Position numbers and translations under genes: made by a program | Notes under the pieces: generated by a model | Seen by the model: only the letters and a program-made list of their open reading frames with translations | Databases searched by the model: none | Told to the model about the DNA's origin: nothing | Part shown: one piece after another, positions 58,466 through 64,000 of the stretch | Position numbering within the stretch: position 1 is the stretch's first letter | Layout of the letters: each line of letters starts with the position of its first letter | Origin: Nibricoccus sp. | Lineage (GTDB): Bacteria > Verrucomicrobiota > Verrucomicrobiia > Opitutales > Opitutaceae | Direction of reading: 5' to 3' | Length of the DNA stretch: 64,000 bases | Assembly: GCA_047602425.1 (NCBI GenBank) | Contig: JASGHG010000001.1 | Span: 3,744,001-3,808,000, forward strand

Positions 58466-58549
58466 CGTGCAGTGGGGCTCAAACTGCGTGCAGACAAGGG
58501 TGAATGGCGTGCAAATTCGACTGAACTCCGTGCAAACGAGGCAAACGCC
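58466..58549. repeat. Degenerate 21-nt tandem repeat, four units
   Basis: CGTGCA at 58466, 58487, 58508 and 58529. Confidence 0.7.
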
Positions 58550-58625
58550 TTCCAATTCCGATTGGCATAACGAGTGCTGCGACGAGTCCACTTTGGACCA
58601 CGCCAAAGCGAGCAGCATCGCACCG

Positions 58626-58651
58626 GATGCTTCGCTACGTTCAGCATGACA
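58626..58651 (-). repeat. TGTCAT-headed palindromic repeat
   Basis: Minus strand TGTCATGCTGAACGTAGCGAAGCATC, resembling (C/T)GTC-headed REP-like units; single copy in this window. Confidence 0.5.
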
Positions 58652-58704
58652 AAGATGAGCAGCAGCGACTTAAGACGCATCTATCACTCAATGAGAACTT
58701 CAGC

Positions 58705-58771
58705 TGGAGGGTCGACTTCCACGTCGACCGTTGGATCGAGTGGCGCGGCCGACGTGGAAGTCGGCCCTCCA
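58705..58771. repeat. TGGAG-headed REP-like doublet
   Basis: TGGAGGGTCGACTTCCACGTCGACCG vs reverse complement TGGAGGGCCGACTTCCACGTCGGCCG, with a compensatory stem change. Confidence 0.8.
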
Positions 58772-58949
58772 TTCGACCGAGTTTCCGCTCAGTGTTTGGT
58801 CAAGAAGCGGCTATGGTGCCCGCGAAACCACTGGGCTTCACGCAGCGATCGGGGCGACAAACGCCTTGAGTCACTGCCAACGCCAGCTAGAACCAGTGCT
58901 TACCCTTTGCAGACCCAACCGTGCGGAAGACCTCAAATTTTAACCTGCC

Positions 58950-59270
58950 ATGACTAAAGTGATTTTAGTTCTATTGAGTAGCCTTTTGTTGGTGACAGTT
59001 GGTTGCAGTCATACCCGTGCTTCGAAGAAAAAGGAGCCGGCCACCCCGGTGACAACCACCGAGTTCACACCGAATCGGGAACAACTGGTGCGTGATCGGG
59101 CTGAAGAATTGCGGACGAAAGGAATTCCTCCGGATCAAGCGTTGCGTCTCGCGCAGGGGCAGATTCCGGTCGTGCAAACCACCACGTCGCAATCGGCCAG
59201 CGCGGAAAAGGAGAGGAAGGCGCAGGAGAAGTTCGAAAAAGATCTGAACAAATCACTGAACCCACGGTAA
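58950..59270 (+). CDS. Small hypothetical lipoprotein
   Basis: Hydrophobic signal with VTVGC lipobox; charged helical C-terminus. Confidence 0.75.
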   Translation: MTKVILVLLSSLLLVTVGCSHTRASKKKEPATPVTTTEFTPNREQLVRDRAEELRTKGIPPDQALRLAQGQIPVVQTTTSQSASAEKERKAQEKFEKDLNKSLNPR

Positions 59271-59281
59271 GGGAGCTTTGG

Positions 59282-59452
59282 TTGAACAGAGATAGGTTTC
59301 TATCTCCATCCGTGTTTCAGAGGCGGTAAGTGGTTCAATGGGTCTTTTTTTTGACCACTTATGAACACTGATGGGCGCTGATAACAAACCAGGCACAACA
59401 GAATTGCACCCTACGGTCGGAAGCTCCGTTCCCTCAGTTTCCTCCTGTAAAA
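59282..59452. repeat. Composite cluster of periodic repeat arms
   Basis: ATCCGTGTTT...AAGTGGTTCAA (59308..59338), TTGACCACTTATGAACACTGATGGGCGCTGAT (59351..59382) and CTCCGTTCCCTCAGTTTCCTCCTGTAAAA (59424..59452). Confidence 0.65.
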
Positions 59453-59587
59453 TGGGGCGTTAAAATAGTTGGAGAGAGATTAGTCTTCAGGCGGTTGAGG
59501 GCGATTGCCTGTAACAGTCCGGTTACCATCGTGTCCTTTTTGTCCGACGAAAAGGGAGTAGGTTGCACCACTAAACAGAGGTGTCTT

Positions 59588-59971
59588 ATGAAAACTAAAT
59601 CCATTCGTTATCTACAATTTGTAGCCGTGATGACCGCTTGCGCGTTTCTCTGCGCATGTACAAGTGTACAGACGGTTCAGTCGTCCGACATTGGCAGGCT
59701 TTCCACCTTGGTCCACACGCGCGACACTGTGCGTTGCACGATGAAAGATGGCTCACAGGTCACACTGAAAGTCAGTTCGGTCGAACAAGATACTCTCGTC
59801 GGTGTGGATGGCCGCCGGGTTGCGGTGGCTGAGGTGGCCGGAGCCGAAATCAAACGCTTTGATAGCACCAAATCCATTTTGCTGGGCGTGGTGATCGCTG
59901 CCGGCGTGGTGGCTGCCGCGGCCGCAGGTGGAGGAGGAGGCGGCGGAGGCGGTGGTGGTGGCGGCTACTAA
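59588..59971 (+). CDS. Small lipoprotein with C-terminal hydrophobic helix and poly-Gly-Tyr tail
   Basis: FLCAC lipobox; ends ILLGVVIAAGVVAAAAA-G13-Y. Confidence 0.75.
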   Translation: MKTKSIRYLQFVAVMTACAFLCACTSVQTVQSSDIGRLSTLVHTRDTVRCTMKDGSQVTLKVSSVEQDTLVGVDGRRVAVAEVAGAEIKRFDSTKSILLGVVIAAGVVAAAAAGGGGGGGGGGGGGY

Positions 59972-60037
59972 AGGTGCGCGCTAGAGGTTGGCCGTGGCAA
60001 GCGGTATAGGTTTCATCCTGAATTCCGCAGAAGGATT

Positions 60038-60174
60038 AACCACTTATAATCACTTATTGGCACGATGCCTGAGTTGTAGCGAATAGAAAACCAAGACTCG
60101 GTTCATCGGTGAGGTGAATGATTTTGGTCAGCTAAATTCTGACCATCAGTGTTTCTCAGTGAAAATAAGTGGTT
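60038..60174. repeat. Gene-less inverted pair of 10-nt periodic CACTDAT arrays
   Basis: AACCACTTATAATCACTTATTGGCAC vs reverse complement AACCACTTATTTTCACTGAGAAACACTGAT. Confidence 0.8.
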
Positions 60175-60318
60175 CAACTGCGGTTAAGGTTCATCGCATC
60201 CGATGGGTAGACGGGACCTATCTCTTCGGTCTGTACACGCTGAACCCGCCGCGTTGGTTGCGGCGTGTCCAGCGGTTATGCGCGGTCTTAAACGGCTATG
60301 GCGTTGTTTTTCCGTTTC

Positions 60319-62895
60319 CTAATGGCGTGGGCGGCACGGGGTGTTGTCGAGCGGGTCGGTGCCGTTTTGGAATTCCTGAAGATTTGGAATGCGATCTCGG
60401 TCCGGGTCGGCGTTGTCGGCGGCGATCCCGGTGTTGTCCGCCTGACCGAAATGGAGAATGCGCCAGGCTTCGAGAGGGGTGAGCTGCGGCACGTGGGTGG
60501 CGACAACCAGTGAGTACGAGTCCACCTCGATGGTTTTGCGATTTGTATTTAGGGGTGTGATCGCAAATACGCCTGCGACGAGATCGGAACGTCCGTCGAG
60601 GAAAGAGGGCGCGGACAAGGGATTCCATTCGAGATTGTCGATCAAGTATCGCCAGGCGCCGGCTTCGCGCGTGAGGGTAATGGTCATTCCATCGGCGGCA
60701 TTGAGTCCAAAACCGAAGAAGCGTCCGTCGAAGTCCACGTTGTTTTGCGTGTGGACGGAGAGGCGTTCGGGCGCGCCAAAAACGATCGTTTCAGAGCGCG
60801 TCAGGAAATTGCTATTGGCTCCCACATACACGCCAACCTGATCGATGAATTCCAGCGTGGTGAGCGGACGGAAGACTGCGGTCACGGCAAAATCTTCGGT
60901 GCCGGTGAAGCCGAGGCTGCTCAGGCTCACGCCGGGCAAACTGGCGTTGGCGAAGTTGAACTGGCCGAAGAAGTCGGCCTGGGTCGAGGAAAGTTCGAGC
61001 GCGCCCGTGTTGGTGTTTAGTCGGAGGTTAGGATCCAGCACGGGCAGCGCGGCGCCGGTTCCCGGGAGCTGTGCGGTGAAACCGGTCAGAAGTCCGGCGG
61101 CATCTTGCAGGCCGGAACTCGCGGCCGAACCAAAGTTCAGGTCTACGCGGCGCACGACATTTACGGAGCGCGCAGTAATCGTGAACGTGTAGTGCGTTTG
61201 CTTCGGATTGTCGGGTGACGTGTTGACCGCCACAATGGTCACGGGGTAGGCCACGTCGACTTGCGAGAGGGTGGGGCGCCACGAAACGACACCGGTCGCC
61301 CGGTCGACGGTGAGACCGGCGGGACCTGTCGCGACGGAGTAGGTGTGGTCGTCCCTGCGATCATTGCCAGGTTCGGGCAGGCAAAACGTATTGATATCGC
61401 CAAAAAGCGCGAGCCGGTTTGGCAGGGAGACGATGCGCGGGGTCTGGCGGCTGGTCACAGTGTGGCTGCCCCAGATTGCGACGCCCTCCGTCGACAACGC
61501 GGAGAACGCGTAGACCCAGGCACCCTGATCGTCGTCCCACTGCGTGCTAAAGACGCCTTGGTAAGTTTTTCCATCGAGGGTGAGCGCGAGGTCATTGTTG
61601 CGCGAAAAATTCCAGGTCCCCGTCGCTGCGCCAGTGACGGTACCGTTGGGCTGTAGCGTAATGAGGGAAGAAGTTTGCAGCGCAGGGCTGATCGCCTTGC
61701 CGTGATTGATGAGTTTATAGTCGCCGGTGACGTCGTGGCGGTCGTGACGTTCTTGTTTTTCGCCGGCATAACGATGCGGCGCGACCACGAGCCAGTCGTC
61801 CGCATTCATGTACATTTGATGCACGCGGACTTCGTGTTCCTCACCTCGATCGACGAAGCGCGTGTGAAAGACGAGGAAGTATTTTTTGCTCTGCGGATCG
61901 TAATAAGCGGAGTTGTGGCCGGGCGAAAGGTAACCGCGTGTGGCGCTGACGGGTTCGCCGGCGACGGAGAGGAATTGATAATTGCCCAGCAATTTCACGC
62001 CGTAGGGTGCAATGGCGGCGTCATCGAAGAACGAGCCGGGAGCGCCGGAAACGTTGGTCATCTCATTGCCCGAGGCATCGAAGAAGGGGCCGTCGGGCTG
62101 GCGTGAACGGGCGACGCGGATGTTATAACCACCGTCTGCCGACAAACCGCCGAAGGAGAGGAAAAGGTAGTAATAATCCGACTCCGGACTGTAGAGCATG
62201 CATGGCCCTTCGATGCGGGAATGGTTTCCACCGATGAGTTTCTTGCCATAGCCTTGGTTCGGCAAAGGCAGGCCACTTGAGGGATCGAGTTGCAGAATGA
62301 AGATGCCGCCGGAATAGGAGCCATAGACCATCCAGAGCCGGCCGGTTTTGTCGAAAAATACATCGGGATCGACGGCATTGGGATGGCGCGTGGCGTCGTA
62401 GATTGTTCCGTCCAAACTCGGCAGGCCCCACATTCCCGACTGCACGATGACGCCGAGGTCGGTGTAAGGCCCCGTGATCGAGTCGGAGACGGCAACGCCG
62501 AGCACGGCGCGCGGTTGGTCGCCGCGGGCGATGCAGTAATAAAAATAGTAGCGTCCATCCGCGAGACGGATGACATCGGGCGCCCAAAAACCGGGATTGT
62601 TGCCGATCCATGCGACCGACGAAGCGAACGTCGCAAAGGGAAATGGAAACAGCGGGTTGTCATCGGTGGGGCCAGTGGACAACTGCGTCCAATGCATCCA
62701 ATCCGTGGTTGTGGCTGACGCGAGATGGGATCCGAAGACGTAAAACTGGGAGCCAGCCTTCACGACCGAGGGATCGTGCACGGAGACATTGGTAAAAGAT
62801 GGAATTTCCGCCGGAACAGAAGGGTGCGCAAAGGCGGCACCGACGCAGAACAGACCGGCGCCAAGGCCGGTAAGCAGTGATTTTGGGTGGAGCAT
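60319..62895 (-). CDS. GH43 endo-arabinanase-like enzyme with extra C-terminal domains
   Basis: SVHDPS, VFGSHLA, WAPDV, NAVDP, YGSYSGG, RIEG and SPGHNS motifs; cadherin/Ig-like segment; C-terminal W...HFG...DPDRDRIPNLQEF..GTDP motif. Confidence 0.9.
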   Translation of the reverse strand: MLHPKSLLTGLGAGLFCVGAAFAHPSVPAEIPSFTNVSVHDPSVVKAGSQFYVFGSHLASATTTDWMHWTQLSTGPTDDNPLFPFPFATFASSVAWIGNNPGFWAPDVIRLADGRYYFYYCIARGDQPRAVLGVAVSDSITGPYTDLGVIVQSGMWGLPSLDGTIYDATRHPNAVDPDVFFDKTGRLWMVYGSYSGGIFILQLDPSSGLPLPNQGYGKKLIGGNHSRIEGPCMLYSPESDYYYLFLSFGGLSADGGYNIRVARSRQPDGPFFDASGNEMTNVSGAPGSFFDDAAIAPYGVKLLGNYQFLSVAGEPVSATRGYLSPGHNSAYYDPQSKKYFLVFHTRFVDRGEEHEVRVHQMYMNADDWLVVAPHRYAGEKQERHDRHDVTGDYKLINHGKAISPALQTSSLITLQPNGTVTGAATGTWNFSRNNDLALTLDGKTYQGVFSTQWDDDQGAWVYAFSALSTEGVAIWGSHTVTSRQTPRIVSLPNRLALFGDINTFCLPEPGNDRRDDHTYSVATGPAGLTVDRATGVVSWRPTLSQVDVAYPVTIVAVNTSPDNPKQTHYTFTITARSVNVVRRVDLNFGSAASSGLQDAAGLLTGFTAQLPGTGAALPVLDPNLRLNTNTGALELSSTQADFFGQFNFANASLPGVSLSSLGFTGTEDFAVTAVFRPLTTLEFIDQVGVYVGANSNFLTRSETIVFGAPERLSVHTQNNVDFDGRFFGFGLNAADGMTITLTREAGAWRYLIDNLEWNPLSAPSFLDGRSDLVAGVFAITPLNTNRKTIEVDSYSLVVATHVPQLTPLEAWRILHFGQADNTGIAADNADPDRDRIPNLQEFQNGTDPLDNTPCRPRH

Positions 62896-63217
62896 GTTCT
62901 TCGAGACGTTGGGAGTTAACGGACGAAGAAGCTGGTAAATCTAAATGCGCCAACGGACGGCTTTTCCCGACAAAGGCCGCGCGGAAGGGTGGTTTTATTA
63001 CCATCTTCAGCGGCGAAGGCCCCGGGGCAGCCTTATTCTTTTCTATCTTTAAGCCGCGTTGGCCTCTCCAGCGCGAGCGGCACCCACGGAATGCGGTCTT
63101 CGGTCCAGATCGCGATTTCAGGAGGAAAACGCTCAGGTTCATCCAAGGAGGCAATCGTAACGTCAATTGTCGGAGCGTCGTCGCTTTCCCTGAACAGTAA
63201 CGTTGTGCCGCAACAGC

Positions 63218-64000
63218 CTATTGGTTCGGCTTATAGTCGAAAAGTTTGTCGGTGCCGGGGACGAGGGTGTGATTTTTCCAGAGGGATTCGGAACGCTTGG
63301 TCCCGTTCGGCCACCACGTGATCCATTCACTCGTGCCGTCGTCCCGATGGGTCCATTCCCACTCTTTTTTGCCGTCGGTGGACCAGAAAGTTTCGACGCC
63401 GGATTTTCGGCCGAGGTGGTAGGTGGTGACGTGTTGCTTCGCGCCGCTCGGATAAAACCAGGTTTCTTCGCCTTCGAGCAAAACGCGACCGTCGTCAGCG
63501 ACGCCGCTGCTCCACGTGACGCGCGGTTTGCCGTCGGGAAAGTTTTCACGATGCGTTTGAACGTCGGAAATTTTCGCGGCGTTGCTCGCGTCGAGGCGCG
63601 GATCGTCGTCGGCGAACGTGGCATCGCTGAGGATCCATGCTTCGTTTAGTTCGAAGTGCAGCCCGGGATGGTTGCACGAGGTGATGAGGTGGATGACGCC
63701 GTTGGGCGCCTGCCGGGCGACGGAGTAGCCAAGGCTCGGCCGGGCGCGGTGTACGGAGTACGTGCCGGGGAGCCGTTTGATGCGCCACGTCTCGCCATCG
63801 TCGTCGGAAAGCGCGACGTAGGAACCGTCCTCCTTGATCGAGTCTGGTTTTTTCGTGCGCTTCGACGGATAAAAATCGCCGGCCATGAACAGCCGTCCGC
63901 TCGCGAGGCGAATGATAGATGGCCGCTGCCCACTGCTGAGCTGCGAGAAGGGCGTCTTGCTCATTTCGTAGGAGCGTCCGCCGTCGCGGCTGATGGCGCG
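63218..64000 (-). CDS. BNR/Asp-box (sialidase-like) protein with MORN-like C-terminal repeats; 5' part outside the window
   Basis: SDDDGETW and an upstream ISRDGGRSY Asp-box; frame open to the window edge; F/Y-P-x-G repeats at the C-terminus. Confidence 0.75.
   Translation of the reverse strand, partial: RAISRDGGRSYEMSKTPFSQLSSGQRPSIIRLASGRLFMAGDFYPSKRTKKPDSIKEDGSYVALSDDDGETWRIKRLPGTYSVHRARPSLGYSVARQAPNGVIHLITSCNHPGLHFELNEAWILSDATFADDDPRLDASNAAKISDVQTHRENFPDGKPRVTWSSGVADDGRVLLEGEETWFYPSGAKQHVTTYHLGRKSGVETFWSTDGKKEWEWTHRDDGTSEWITWWPNGTKRSESLWKNHTLVPGTDKLFDYKPNQ

Noticed and set aside
58337..58618. N-terminal extension of NadE shown in the ORF track
   Set aside because: The nitrilase domain begins at MRIGLAQLN (58336); the extension runs through the 21-nt repeats.
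52332..60174. CRISPR-like interpretation of the 10-nt periodic motifs
   Set aside because: Units are short, occur as inverted pairs, lack ~30-nt unique spacers, and no cas genes are present.

Overview
GC-rich bacterial chromosomal window. Gene content and protein style suggest Verrucomicrobiota/Opitutaceae, but this is inference only. Housekeeping genes: hppA (partial), proB, frr, pyrH, parE/parC, proS, clpS, DTW-domain tRNA enzyme, Ppx/GppA, hemL, nadE. Accessory genes: an arsenic operon (arsR-arsC-acr3-arsM-sigZ), a galactan-type CAZyme locus (GH53, AraC, DUF418, GH2) next to a large poly-Ser/GlyGly-CTERM-like surface protein, three tandem DUF3857/transglutaminase-like genes, a MoxR-DUF58-Bat operon, a GH43 arabinanase and a partial BNR-repeat protein. 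No rRNA, tRNA, CRISPR array or classical transposase was recognised. The most striking unexplained signal is a GxxExxY (PD-(D/E)xK-like) nuclease gene. It sits exactly between 42-bp inverted repeats built from a 10-bp-periodic unit, and its start and stop codons lie inside those repeats. Several gene-less inverted pairs of the same periodic motif occur elsewhere in the window, which suggests an autonomous/non-autonomous mobile repeat system analogous to RAYT/REPIN. Other repeat classes (9-, 8-, 7- and 6-nt periodic arrays, REP doublets) fill many intergenic spacers, and some lie in frame inside nadE, parC and the bat genes. Start codons and repeat coordinates were read by eye.
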